A program made the translations under genes and the position numbers. A DNA stretch of 64,000 bases, taken from contig OZ024743.1 in NCBI GenBank assembly GCA_964016885.1, forward strand, positions 48,112,001-48,176,000. The letters run 5' to 3'. This document shows positions 12,414 through 25,380 of this stretch, one piece after another (positions within the stretch are counted from its first letter, which is position 1; every line of letters begins with the position of its first letter). The DNA is from Eledone cirrhosa. Its lineage: Eukaryota. The notes beneath the pieces are model-generated. The model saw only the letters and a list, made by a program, of their open reading frames with translations, did no database searches and had not been told where the DNA came from.

Positions 12414-13924
12414 CTAAATAAGGAAAAAACAATGTTTTAAGTAAATCAAAATAAATTATTAGTGAATTACTTAACCCTTTAGCATTATTCTATATTTACT
12501 ATTGTATTTTCACAGTAAAGGATTTATCTTACATAATTATCTCACATATCGAATCTACAAGATTTTGATGTTATTTATTTTGAGAACAATACCTTAATGT
12601 AGGTGACAGCTGGTTTGAACAAAAAGAGGTGAGAGAATTCTGGCTGAATATGGGCAGTTTAAATAAAGAGTGACATATTTGAATTCTTTTATTCTTTTAC
12701 TGGTTTCAGTCATTGGACAATGATCATATTGAGAGTTTGCTTTCAAGAGTTTTCATTGATCATATAAACTCTAGTACTTATTTTATGGATCTATATTTAT
12801 TGAATTTCTAAGTTATGCTCATCATCATCATCTTTGTTTAACGTCCATCTTCCACGCTAGCATGGGTCATTCTCATAATCATCATCATCATCCTTGTTTT
12901 TATGTCTGCTTTCCATACTGGTATGGCTTGAATGAGATGTCAAGTTCTGAGGCTAGATGAGTCAGGTGACAATGTCTAGCTCATATGTTTCATATTTGGC
13001 ATGGTTTCAATAGCTGGATGTCAACTGTTTTACAGGGTGTACTGGGTGTGGTTTATCATAATACCAGCACTGTTGAGAATGCCTTACGATCTTCCAGACT
13101 GAAGAATCCTTAAACTCTGTTCAATCATGATATACATAAACACACACACACCTTCAACTATGCACTTACATTTGCTACCTAAGTATATGTAATTAGTTAA
13201 CTTCTACCATTTAATTTACCGCACCATATAATATGAAATATGTTACCATCATATCATTTCCCATCAGTATTATGAGCATTGGGTGGTGTGCACTGAGCCA
13301 TCTACCAACACGTGACCGTCTGAATAATGCACTGATTGAACAAACTTCGGTTCTATACCTTCAGTGCTTGGAATTAATTGACTGGTCAATTAATTAAATA
13401 ATTTTCCCCTTTCTTCATTATTTGAAGTAACCTATTTTCTTGGGACTTTGCTGAGACAAGGAGGACTCTTATGTTGGTCAAGGATGCACCACCCCACATT
13501 TTCGTCCTCAATACAAATGCACACAAAATAGCTTTCATTACCTTTTTATCATTCAATAATTCACTTTTGAGAATCTTGTCCATTAGGATAAAAATTAACT
13601 GCCTTTGCTTTATTCTTCCTAATTCACTTTCTTAATTTATTTAATGTAAAATTTGCACATAATGTTTATCATCGTCATCATCATCATCATCTTCGTTTAA
13701 TGTCCATCTTCCACGCTAGCATGGGTTTATAATTTTTGTAAAATTTTTTATATTCATTTATAACTTTTATTCTTGTTTTTTATAATTGTATACAATTTGT
13801 ATAGGTGTGTACTTCTCTAAGTCTCCATCGTCATGCTAGGATGGTTTTCAGCCAATGTCCAATAGCACAAAGTTTAATACTCTACAACCTCTGTGGCAGA
13901 GAAGCCATGGTTGTGCATTCTCTA

Positions 13925-15060
13925 AGGCAGAGTATTGCTTGAACTTTCCTTCCTCTGCTTCCCTTCTTGTGAAGTACACTTGTCTCCTAGCTTCCCTCCT
14001 GGCCACTTGATAGTCTTCTCTGCTTCCCCCATCCCGCCATACTTTCCAAGCCTGCTTTTTGGCCTTAATTGACCCCTCCACCATGTTACTCTCCTCCTGC
14101 CTACAGGCCTGCTCCAGCCACAGACTTCGTCTGCCGCCATCAGCAGGTTTGCTTTCAGGAATTCCCACTGCTCCTCTATATTGTACGACTCTAATTGCTC
14201 TTCCTTACTGTCGAAAGCATCAAGTAGTATACTTTTGAATTTATTTCTGGCTGTGGGGTCCTTTAGCTTCCATATTTTTCTCCTGAGGATAGTCCTCTTC
14301 TGTTGTCTAGTACGTCTCGTCCTGACTATTAGGTCGCTAATTATCAGTCTATGTTGGGAGGTGCATTCTTCATGGGGGAGGGATTTAGTGTTTACAACAG
14401 ACACTCTGTCATGTCTTCTGGTAAGGATATAATCTACCTGGCTTGTGTGTTCCCCCGATCTATAGGTGATCAGGTGATTGTCATGTTTTTTGAAGTTAGT
14501 GTTACAGATAGTTAGGTTATTTGCGTCACAGAATTCCAGGATTCTGGAGCCTTCCTCATTTCTAGTACCAAACCCATAGCCACCATGGATTTCGTCGTAG
14601 CCGTCACAATGTTGTCCAACATGACCATTTAGGTCGCCTGCAATAATTATATAGTCACTGTCGGTTATTTGGGAGGTAGTGAGCATCAGTGTCTCATAGA
14701 ATCTGTCTTTTATAGTGCCGGGGAGTCCGGATTGAAGTGCGTACGCAGATATTACTGTCACCGTAGTTCTATTGAGGACAAGTCTTATTTTAATTATTCT
14801 GTTGTTCACTCTATTTACGTCTATTATCTTATCTGCCCACCATGATTCCTACTCCACACAGCCCAGTGTCATTTCCCACCCAGAAAAGCTTATAGCATCG
14901 TTTTTTTACCCACAATGAATCTAGCAGACCCACCCCTCCACCTGGTCTCTTGAATACAACAAACATCGACCTCCTTACGTTCAAGCATTTCTACAACCTC
15001 GTTAGAGCGACCCTTTAAGGTGCCTACATTTATGGTACCAACTCTGAAGTTTTGGATTGC
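13925..15060 (-). mobile_element. RTE LINE 5' part (APE endonuclease domain), degraded and lacking RT
   Basis: ORF 13922-14809 with AGDLNGHVG, SQVDYIL, SQHRLI; near-identical to 20990-21810; upstream IRVGTINVGTLKGR...CIQETRWRG start of EN. Confidence 0.9.
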
Positions 15061-16174
15061 GTTTGGAGGGTGGGAGCGGGGGGAGATGGGGTTATGTTAG
15101 CCATCCGCGGCCGAAACAAAGAGGAATGCTCGCATTCTCGTCCACGAGGTGAATTTGTCTTTATCTTTGGCATTGTCGCTGAGCGTCCAGATTTTTCTCT
15201 CTTCAACTCTCCAGAATTCCGTAGTCCATCCATCCGTCATATCGAAGGCAACCAGGTAAGCGATAGTATAGGCCTCTGGCTTATGATTGGTCCACGTAAT
15301 AATAATGGTGGTGCATGGGGGCGGGCGGGAGGGGTGTTGAGTTGTTAGCGAGAAGGTTAGGTTTAAGTAAGATCCTCGTATTTAACAAGCGATAACAAAA
15401 ATACAAGATTTGTTTAGTAAAATACGACAAAAACTTCGTATTTAACAAGCAATAACAAAAAAAAACAAGATTTGTTTTGGAAAATACGACAAAATACAGG
15501 AGGATTTGTTTTAGAAATAGGATAGAATAGCGAGTAGTGGAGCAAGGATTGGAATCGGAGATTAGAAAATGCTATAGAATTGTAGCATTTTCTATTCTCC
15601 GATTTGTTGATCTTATTGACTGATGAATAGCTCTTGTTTATTTTAACATGTCTGTTGAGCACTCTGATTCGATATGTGATAATTTGTATTGTTACATAAT
15701 TTACACATCACCGAATTCTTTCGCTAATATAAGGGTTCCCTCCCTTGCTGAATACCACGTGCGTCATTTGGCTTCGGGGCCCTTCTATACTGTGGAACTA
15801 AAGACTCGTTGATAAAGCTTTCCTTGTTCCTCTCTTCTCTGTAAGCCTTATATATCTTTTATTGGGCTGATAGTGTTCAGATTAAGGAATTGCAGAAACC
15901 CAAGAAGCTAGATTTAACATCGTTCTAGCGGGTCCGGGTAAGTTTTACATTCATTTAATTTATTAATTTATTGATATTTTATTTGAGTGACCCGAATCTT
16001 CCTGGTCGTTTATTTTCGGCTGCATGGGTGATTTTAGGCATGACCTCTATGTGTTGGTATTTTAACGATAGTTATAGCTCTGATTTTTCCAAATTATTGA
16101 GCCCTCTGCTACATATATCGGATATTGTTTATCGTGATTTCGTGGGCTGAAATTCCGATTCTCGATTATTCTAC

Positions 16175-16247
<73 letters not shown>

Positions 16248-16949
16248 TAACATACACATTGTACATACATAAAAGTTTGCTGCACAATTTCTTTCTATCA
16301 AATTCCATTCACAAAGTATTGGTGTGCCCAAAGTGACATACAGTGAGACTGCACCCAGAAAAAAAATGTAGTTGACAAATAAACTTTTTAACCAAATGGG
16401 GTTATTATGGACTAGCAGTCAGTGGTTTGTTGTCTTAAGGAAGGAGGGAAACACTTATTTCCATAAGTACATTAGAGTTTACATTGTTATTGTTGAGCCA
16501 CAGCCAAGACTTGAGACTGAAAGGTCTATGATTAAATGCAGCCCAGCCACGACCATATAGTTGATTTCTTAGACATTGTATATCTAGGCTGTGATTTGGC
16601 TGCTATTTCTAGCAATTAGTTATGGATCATATGATCTGAATTAAAATCCTAAACATTATCTTTCATCCTTCCGGAATCCTCATTTAACATCTGTTTTCTA
16701 GGCTGACATCGGGTCAGTTCTATTAGATAAGTGGGGGACATGTCACATTTGTACATTCCAAATTAGGCATGCTTTCTACAGCTGGGTGCCCTTATTAACA
16801 TCAACATTAACCCTCTCCTTACTGCATTTCTAATGAAAGGCACTGCTTATAATTTTCAAATCATTTTGAAAATAATTAAAAATTTGGAGGGTTTAGTAAT
16901 ATAACTAGTTTTCTCATTATTAAGGTGGTATTTGGAACATTACTTGACA

Positions 16950-17460
16950 AAGTTGTTCAGAGACGTGCAACCAAGCGAATACCCTCCATCAGGCATCTAC
17001 CATACTCTGGGCATGGATACAATGAAACTCCGACTTCTGGCAACTGACTTGGTAAACACCCACAAAATTATTAACCATCTTGCCAACAACATCCCTGAGT
17101 ACCTTTTTGATTTCCATGTGCCTAACACACGTGGACATGCCTACAAAGTCAGAAAACAGCACAGCTCCCATGACTTTCGGAAACATTTTTTCACACTCAG
17201 AGTTGCTGAAGCATGAAACAAACTACCTGCGTCAGTTGTTAGCTGTCGAGACACTGCATCCTTTAAAACCTCCATGCTTCCTGAGATTCGCCAATACTGC
17301 ACCTGATGTCCCCTCTCCATACACATACACACATGTATATCATGACTCATACACTATTCACATCCCCGACATTTGTATATTATTCTATGTACTATACATG
17401 CACCTTTGATGAGTTGTAGTGCACGTGAGCACCGTACACAATAATTTCAGTATTATTATT
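16950..17460 (+). mobile_element. CR1-like LINE 3' fragment
   Basis: QRRATK..., NTRGHAYKVRK, RKHFFTLRV motif; same family as 26640-27100 and 52136-53600; (TAT)n tail. Confidence 0.85.
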
Positions 17461-17757
17461 TATTATAGAAGTGGAAGACAAACATTTAAATATGAACAAT
17501 TTAAAATAAACCTCTTTATATTGTAGAACCAGGGTAGGTTTCAGGTGGTTTAGTATCAAAAGGGTTAAAGAATATACTGGGTATCAACACTACAGAGATT
17601 GTTCTGTCCTCGACATGACTAAATAATCCATATTGTCTCATTTTAATCATCAAAATAAAGTAGCAGTCATATACAGAGTGTTAATATAACTGACTGTACA
17701 TTTCCTCCCAAATGAGTGGCTATCTGCCTGTCTTAGTAATCAATGGTATTAACTTAC

Positions 17758-17891
17758 CACCAAACCAATACTGATAGATTCTTTTGATTTATTCTTCTCG
17801 TCAGAAGGTACTTCATAGATTGACATCAAATACTGAGAGATATTAGCTTCAGTGTCATTGCAGTCAGTAATATCACTAAGTGGAGCAACAT
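17758..17891 (-). CDS. MSH3: MSH3 exon 5 (DVAPLSD...SQYLMSIYE...SISIGLV)
   Basis: Acceptor ttgtag|, donor GTG|gtaagt, 134 nt; phase fits exons 4 and 6. Confidence 0.9.
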
Positions 17892-17906
17892 CTACAATAA
17901 TAAAAA

Positions 17907-18120
17907 CAATAATAATAATGATTTCTACTATAGGCACAAGGCCAGCAATTCTGGGGGGAGAGGGGAAAGTCGATTAAATCGACCCTACTGCATTACTGGT
18001 GCTTTATTTTATCGACCCCGTAAGGATGAAAGGCAAAGTTTACTTCGGCGGGATTTTAACTCAGAATGTAAAGGGACGTAACTCAATGTTGTAAAGCATG
18101 GTGTCTGATACTCTACCGAT
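17907..18120 (-). mobile_element. Family A SINE abutting the MSH3 exon 5 acceptor
   Basis: Reverse complement of family A consensus, (AAT)n tail. Confidence 0.85.
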
Positions 18121-18329
18121 AAAAGGTCTCTAATTTCGGCAAAAGGTCAACAATATTTTTTGTGGTGGGGTCGATTAAATTCACTCCAGAACTTCACTGC
18201 TAATTTATTTCATCGACACCAGAAGAAAGAAAAGCAAGGATTTAAACTCAAAATTTAAAGGACCACAACTAAATGCTGCAAAATATTGTTTCTGACATGC
18301 TAACAATTCTGTAAACCCACCGCAGCAGC

Positions 18330-18716
18330 AGCAGTAATATTAATTGTAATAGTAGTAGCAGTAGTAGTAGTAGTAATATTAATTGTAATAGTAGTAGCAG
18401 TAGTAGTAGTAGTAATATTAATTGTAATAGTAGTAGCAGTAGTAGTAGTAGTAATATTAATTGTAATAGTAGTAGCAATATTAATTGTAATAGTAGTAGT
18501 AGTAGTAGTAGCAGCAATATTAATTGTAATAGTAGTAGTAGTAGTAGTAGCAATATTAATTGTAATAGTAGTAGTAGTAGTAGTAATAATCGTAGTAGTA
18601 GTAATATTAATTGTAATAGTAGTAGTAGTAGTAATAATATTAATTGTAATAGTAGTAGTAATATTAATTGTAACAGTAGTAGTAGTAGTAATATTAATTG
18701 TAATACTAGTAGTAGT
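18330..18716. repeat. (AGT)n-AATATTAATTGTAAT minisatellite, left half
   Basis: Direct inspection. Confidence 0.95.
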
Positions 18717-21700
18717 CATCATCATCATCATCATCAACGTTTAACGTCCGTGTTCCACGCTTGCATGGGTTTGGACGGGGGTAGTCCCACTTGAGGCAAG
18801 AGTGATTGTCTTGCTCGCATAGGACTGTCTGGCAGGTTTTCTACAGTTGGATGCCCTTCCTAACACCAACCACATTTACAGTGTGGGTCTGGGAGGTTTT
18901 TACCGTGTTGCCTACACGGCCACATTACAGCGTGGACTGTGTGTTTTTTTGTCGTGACACCTACACGATCTCATTTGTTTCGGCCTGGATGGCGCGGCAC
19001 CAACATAACTTTACATAGAACGGGGTGGTGTGGATGGGGTGGGGGTGGTGGCGGGACGGGGTGTAGTTTGTTAGAGATGCCTACTGGCAAGGCGGGTCTT
19101 CTCTGTTACTGAGTACCGCCAAAGGTCACGGTCCAGTGACATTGTCTTGGAGAGGTGTAAGTGTGTGAGGTCGGAGTTTATCAGCTCATCCCATGTTTTT
19201 CTAGGTCTGCCTATTCCGTGGCTACCGTCTATCTTTATTGCCCTGCACTTTGTAATACAGCTATCGACTTTCATGCGCATCACGTGTCCATACCAACGCA
19301 GCCTTCTCTCGAGTAAACAACATCTGATCCCTCTTATCTCTAATTTTTTCCTTAGTTCGTTTATGCTTTGCCGTTCACGTATATTACTGTTACACATCCA
19401 GCGGAGCATGCAAGCTTCGTTCCTCTCTAGTCTGCGTATATCCTCTGCACACAATGCCCAGGTCTCACTACCATGCAACATTGCTGTTCGTATGCAGGCA
19501 TCGTACAACCTGCCTTTCATTTTTAGGGAGAACCCTTTAGCAGCTAATAGTGGTATAAGCTCTCTGAACTTTTTCCAACCAGTTCTGACTCTAGCTACAG
19601 TACTTTCAGAGCACCCTCCCCCACTGCTGATTTTATCGCCCAGGTAACGGAAGCTGTCCACTATTTCTATAGAACCCTCTGCGCAATTGAAAGAGCTAGT
19701 ATTTTGTGGGCACTTGCTGCTACTTATTGCACCAGAACACCGGCCACATGTAAAGTCTATGTTCTTAGTTAGCTTACCTGTGATCCCACTACATCTTTTA
19801 TGCACCCATACTTTGCATTTAGGACATAAGATGGAGTTTCTACCTACGCCTTTCCTACATACCGAGCACGACCATTTCCCAGAAGGGACCGCCGCCTTGT
19901 TTTCTTTCCTACAAACTAGAACTTTGGTCTTAGCCAGGTTAATTTTAAGTCCTTTTGACTCTAGGCCGTGCTTCCATGTTTGGAATTTCTTCTCTAGCTC
20001 GGCCATTGATTCCGCTATGAGTGTCAGGTCGTCTGCGTATAGGAGTTCCCATGGGCAGCCTGTCTTGAACTCCTCTGTTATAGCCTGAAGGGCAATAATA
20101 AATAGTAGGGGGGCTGAGAACAGAGCCCTGATGGACGCCAACTTTTACGCTAAACTCTTCACTATATTCGTTGTTAATTCTAACCTTGCTGACTGTTTCT
20201 TTATACATGGCTTGTATAGCCCTCACAAGCCATTCGTCAACGCCTAGTTTTCTAAGAGCCCACCAGATAATGGAGCGGGGGACTCTGTCGAAGGCTTTCT
20301 CCAGGTTGACAAAAGCTAAGTAGAGGGGTTTACTTTTAGCTAGGTACTTCTCCTGTAGTTGTCGTACTATGAAAAGAGCGTCTGTGGTGCTTTTGCCTGA
20401 CACAAACCCGAACTGCATTTCATCTAGATCAATTCTCTCTCTGATTAGTTGCGCTATTACTTTTTCCGTGACCTTCATGACCTGGTCGATTAATTTAATG
20501 CCTCTATAGTTACTCCTATCTAGGGCGTCTCCTTTACCCTTATAACAGTTAACGATGATGCTGCTATGCCAGTCCTTCGGAACAACCCCATTCTGTACGA
20601 CTTGGTTAACTATGCAGGTGACCATGGTGTGTCCCACCGTGCCAGATGCCTTCAGCATCTCAGCAACTATTTCCGAAGGCCCAGCCGCCTTACCAGTCTT
20701 CATATCCTTGATTGCCTTACTTATTATACTCCCCTCGACTAACACTGCTGGTCCCTCTATCGGGTCGATATGGGGGAGACTGTCTTTCTCCCATTTATTC
20801 TCCTCATTTAGTAGCCTTTCATAGTGACACTTCCAAGCTACCTTCTTATCAGTGTCGGTGATGGCAAGTATGCCATCATCGTTAAGTACACACTTCTCCC
20901 CGACAATATCACGGTTTTCCTTGACGCATTGCCTGGCAATCCTGAACACCTCACGTTTTTGGTCATCGCGTTGTAGAACATGCTTGAACTTTCTTTCCTC
21001 AGCTTCCCTTCTTGCTAAGTACACTTCTCTCCTAGCTTCCCTCCTGGCCACTTGATAGTCTACTCTACTTCCCCCATCCCGCCATACTTTCCAAGCCTGC
21101 TTTTTGGCCTTAATTGACCCCTCCACCCTATTGTTCCACCACCATGTTACTCTCCTCCTGCCTACAGGCCTGCTCCAGCCACAGACTTCGTCTGTCGCCA
21201 ACAGCAGGTTTGCTTTCAGAAATTTCCACTGTCCCTCTATATTGTCCGATTCTAGATGCTCTTCCTTACTGTCGAAAGCATCAAGTAATATGCTTTGAAA
21301 TTTATTTCTGGCTGTGGGGTCCTTTAGTTTCCATATTTTCCTCCTGAGGATAGTCCTCTTCTGCTGTCGGGTACGTCTCGTCCTGACTATGAGGTCGCTA
21401 ATTATCAGTCTATGTTGGGAGGTGCATTCTTCATGGGGGAGGGATTTAGTGTTTACAACAGACACTCTGTCACGTCTTCTGGTAAGGATATAATCTACCT
21501 GGCTTGTGTGTTCCCCGGATCTATAGGTAATCAGGTGATTGTCACGTTTTTTGAAGTTAGTGTTACAGATAGTTAGGTTATTTGCATCACAGTATTCCAG
21601 AATTCTGGAGCCTTCCTCATTTCTAGTACCAAACCCATAGCCTCCATGGATTTCGTCGTAGCCGTCACAATGTTGTCCAACGTGACCATTTAGGTCGCCT

Positions 21701-21810
21701 GCAATAATTATATAGTCACTGTCAGATATTTGGGAGGTAGTTAGCAACAGTGTCTCATAGAATCTGTCTTTTATAGTGCCGGGCAGTCCGGATTGGGGTG
21801 CGTACGCAGA
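18717..21810 (-). mobile_element. RTE-clade LINE, 5'-truncated within EN; EN-RT-PHD-C-term plus 3'UTR with (GAT)n tail
   Basis: ORFs 19945-21810 and 19071-20141: NYRGIKL, QFGF, LEKAFDRVPR, GVHQGSVLSP, YADDL; frameshift in G-run ~20110. Confidence 0.95.
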
Positions 21811-22866
21811 TGTAGTAATAATTGTAGTAGTAGTAATATTAATTGTAATAGTAGTAGTAGCAGTAGTAGTAGTAATATTAATTGTAATAGTAGTAGTAAT
21901 AGTAGTAATATTAATTGTAACAGTAGTAGTAGTAGTAATATTAATTGTAACAGTAGTAGTAGTAATATTAATTGTAACAGTAGTAGTAGTAATATTAATT
22001 GTAACAGTAGTAGTAGTAGTAATATTAATTGTAATAGTAGTAGTAGTAATATTAATTGTAACAGTAGTAGTAGTAGTAATATTAATTGTAATAGTAGTAG
22101 TAGTAGTAGTAATATTAATTGTAACAGTAGTAGTAGTAGTAGTAGTAATATTAATTGTAATAGTAGTAGTAGTAATATTAATTGTAACAGTAGTAGTAGT
22201 AGTAATATTAATTGTAATAGTAGTAGTAGTAGTAGTAATATTAATTGTAATAGTAGTAGTAGTAATATTAATTGTAACAGTAGTAGTAGTAGTAATATTA
22301 ATTGTAATAGTAGTAGTAGTAATATTAATTGTAACAGTAGTAGTAGTAGTAATATTAATTGTAATAGTAGTAGTAGTAATATTAATTGTAACAGTAGTAG
22401 TAGTAGTAATATTAATTGTAATAGTAGTAGTAGTAGTAATATTAATTGTAATAGTAGTAGTAGTAATATTAATTGTAATAGTAGTAGTAGTAATATTAAT
22501 TGTAACAGTAGTAGTAGTAGTAATATTAATTGTAACAGTAGTAGTAGTAGTAATATTAATTGTAATAGTAGTAGTAGTAATATTAATTGTAACAGTAGTA
22601 GTAGTAGTAGTAATATTAATTGTAATAGTAGTAGTAGTAGTAGTAATATTAATTGTAATAGTAGTAGTAGTAATATTAATTGTAACAGTAGTAGTAGTAA
22701 TATTAATTGTAAGAGTAGTAGTAGTAGTAGTATTAATTGTAATAGTAGTAGCAGTAGTAGTAGTAATATTAATTGTAATAGTAGTAGCAGTAGAAGTAGT
22801 AATATTAATTGTAATAGTAGAAGCAGTAGTAGTAATATTAATTGTAATAGTAGTAGTAATAATAAT
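21811..22866. repeat. (AGT)n-AATATTAATTGTAA minisatellite, right half
   Basis: Same unit as 18330-18716; source of spurious Thr/Ile/Val/Ser-rich ORFs. Confidence 0.95.
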
Positions 22867-24030
22867 GATTTCTAACTCAGGGACAAGGCCAGCAATTTGG
22901 ATTGGGGGGGGGGGGGTGATTAAATTACCTCTACTAGTAGTAGTGGTAGTAACATCTTTTATTTGCAAGAAGGGAAATGGAAGAGGGGATATAACAAAAA
23001 CGGTGAGAGTTTACACAAAATTGATGATGAAAAAGCATGTATGTAAGAACCTTCGTTAAGTTATGTTCCAAACACAAACGTAACAATGAAAAAGTTATAT
23101 TACTAATTCCCTCCAAATTCTTGACTATTTAAAAAATGATTTGAAAATTATGGGCAGAATATTTCATTTGAAATATGGTAACGAAATGGTTAACAGATTC
23201 AGATAGGATTTAAGGGAGATTTGGCTGCTATTTCTAGCAGGTTGAGCAACAACACAGAGGCTCCCTGAATATGAGACAGTGTCCGCCATAAATTTATGTC
23301 TGACCAATGATAATAACAAAATAATCCTCACTGATCCTTGATCAACCTATCACTTCCCACCCACTCTCAGTCCACCCCAAGCTCCTCTAATCCAACATCC
23401 ACCCCACCACCATCACTCAGTCCACCCCAAGCTCCTCTAATGCAACATCTACCCCACCACCCTCACTCAGTCCACTCCCTGTCTTGTTTAATCCAATAGA
23501 TCTCCATCTAACCCATTTAGTCCACCACAACTGTCTAATCCAACAGCTTTCTCCCCACCTTGCACCCACACCCACTCCAATAGCCCCAACCCCTTCCCTT
23601 TTCTCCTTTCACCCAGCCTAACATAACTCCAGACCAGACCAGACCAGACCAGACCAGACAAGTGGTTATGAGGAGTGTACATGTCAGCCCCAAGAGACTG
23701 TCATTAAGGACATCTCTTCATGCTACACTCCATTCCCACCACCAACTGTCCACTCTATTCAGGTTAGCAGACACAATATCAGACAAAACTATAAATAGGC
23801 ATGGTTATGCATGCATATATGTATGTGTGTAGGTAGGCACATATATATATATATGGATGTGTGTATATATATATATACTTGCAAGCAGGGAAAAGCGGGT
23901 GTAAAGTGATGATGATTATGATATATGCATACACATAAATACACACACACACATATATGTGTCCCACCTTTGCAAGCAGGGAAAAGCGGCGTAAAATGAT
24001 GATGATATATATATATATACATACACATAT

Positions 24031-24364
24031 GGAGGCACACGGCTTAGTGGTTAGAACATTGGCCTTGCAATCAAAAGGTTGTGAGTTAAATTCTCAGACC
24101 GGGTGATGTGTTGTGTCCTTGAGCAAGACACTTTATTTCACATTGCTCCAGTTTACTCAGCTGTAGAAATGAGATGATAGGACCGGGGTCCCTATCATTC
24201 CACTGTAAAGTGGACGTATAGGCGCTATGGAAAAAAAGCATCCAGCATTCACTGTAAATGAGGTTGGTGTTAGGAAGGGCATCCAGCTGTAGAAATCAAG
24301 CCAGAATCAGTTCTCGCCCCACCCTTGCAAGCAGGGAAAAGCGGACGTAAAATGATGATGATGA
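24031..24364 (+). mobile_element. tRNA-derived SINE family B (CORE/V-like centre) with RTE-derived 3' tail
   Basis: GGCTTAGTGGTTAG box A, GTGTCCTTGAGCAAGACACTT core, tail GTTAGGAAGGGCATCCAGC...ACGTAAAATGATGATG shared with the RTE 3'UTR; other copies at 34328-34665 (-), 31415-31580, 2684-2930, 9912-10050. Confidence 0.85.
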
Positions 24365-24375
24365 TACATATAAAT

Positions 24376-24414
<39 letters not shown>

Positions 24415-24509
24415 TAGTGTAGGTAGTAACTTCCTCGTTTTTTCTATCATATACACACACATATATATATATACACATGCATACATATTTATATTCATAT
24501 ATACATACA

Positions 24510-25380
24510 TATCATCATCGTTTAACATCCATTTTCCATGCTAGCATGGGTAGGAAGGGCTGTCCAGTTGTGAGAGATCTAGGTCGAAGAACCACGTTTT
24601 GCTCACAAAAAACTGATTTTGGCTTGGTTTCTATGGTTGGATGCCCTTCCTAACCATATTTACAGCGAGTGCTGGGTGGTTTTTGTCGTGGCTCCAGGGG
24701 AACCACTTTATGGAGTGGGTTGGGGATTTGGGTGGGGAAGATGCCTTGGGAATTGGGGACGTAAGAATAGGTGCAGGATGATTACAGCAAGGGAGGTGTA
24801 TGGGAGGGGGGTGAAGGGAAGGAAGGTGTTGCATACTAGATGTGCATAATGGAGGGCCGTTCTTCTGTAATTCTGCATAGCGTCAGAGATCAGTCCTGTG
24901 TCATTGCCTTAGCGAGGAGTAATTGTGCAAGGTCAGCTTTTATCACCTCATCTCAAGTCTTGCTAGGTCTGCCCACTCCATGGCTTCCATCAACTTTGAG
25001 CACTCTGCACCTTTTTATACAGCTGTCATCCTTCATATGCATCACATGTCCATACCAACGCAATCTCCTCTCCTGCACACAGCATCTGATCCCTCTTATG
25101 CCTAATTTCTCTTGCAGTTTGTTTATGCTTTGCTGTTCGAGTATATTACTATTGCACATCCATCAAAGCATGGAGGCTTCATTTCTTTTCAATCTATGCA
25201 GGTCCTCTGCACATAGTGCAACATAGTTGTTCATATACATGCACCATACAGTCTGCCTTTCATTTTGAGGGAAAAATTTTGTTGTTAGCAGCGGTAGTAG
25301 CTCCCTCAACTTTCTCCAGCCCGATCTCACTCTGATTACTGTGTTTTTGGAACACCCTCCTCCACTGCTGATTTGGTCAC
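24510..25380 (-). mobile_element. RTE LINE 3' fragment (divergent subfamily)
   Basis: ERRLRWYGHV, GRPSKT motifs; RTE-type tail. Confidence 0.85.

Noticed and set aside
21776-23059. Long Val/Ile-, Ser/Asn- and Thr-rich ORFs (also 18269-18737)
   Set aside because: Translations of a stop-free minisatellite
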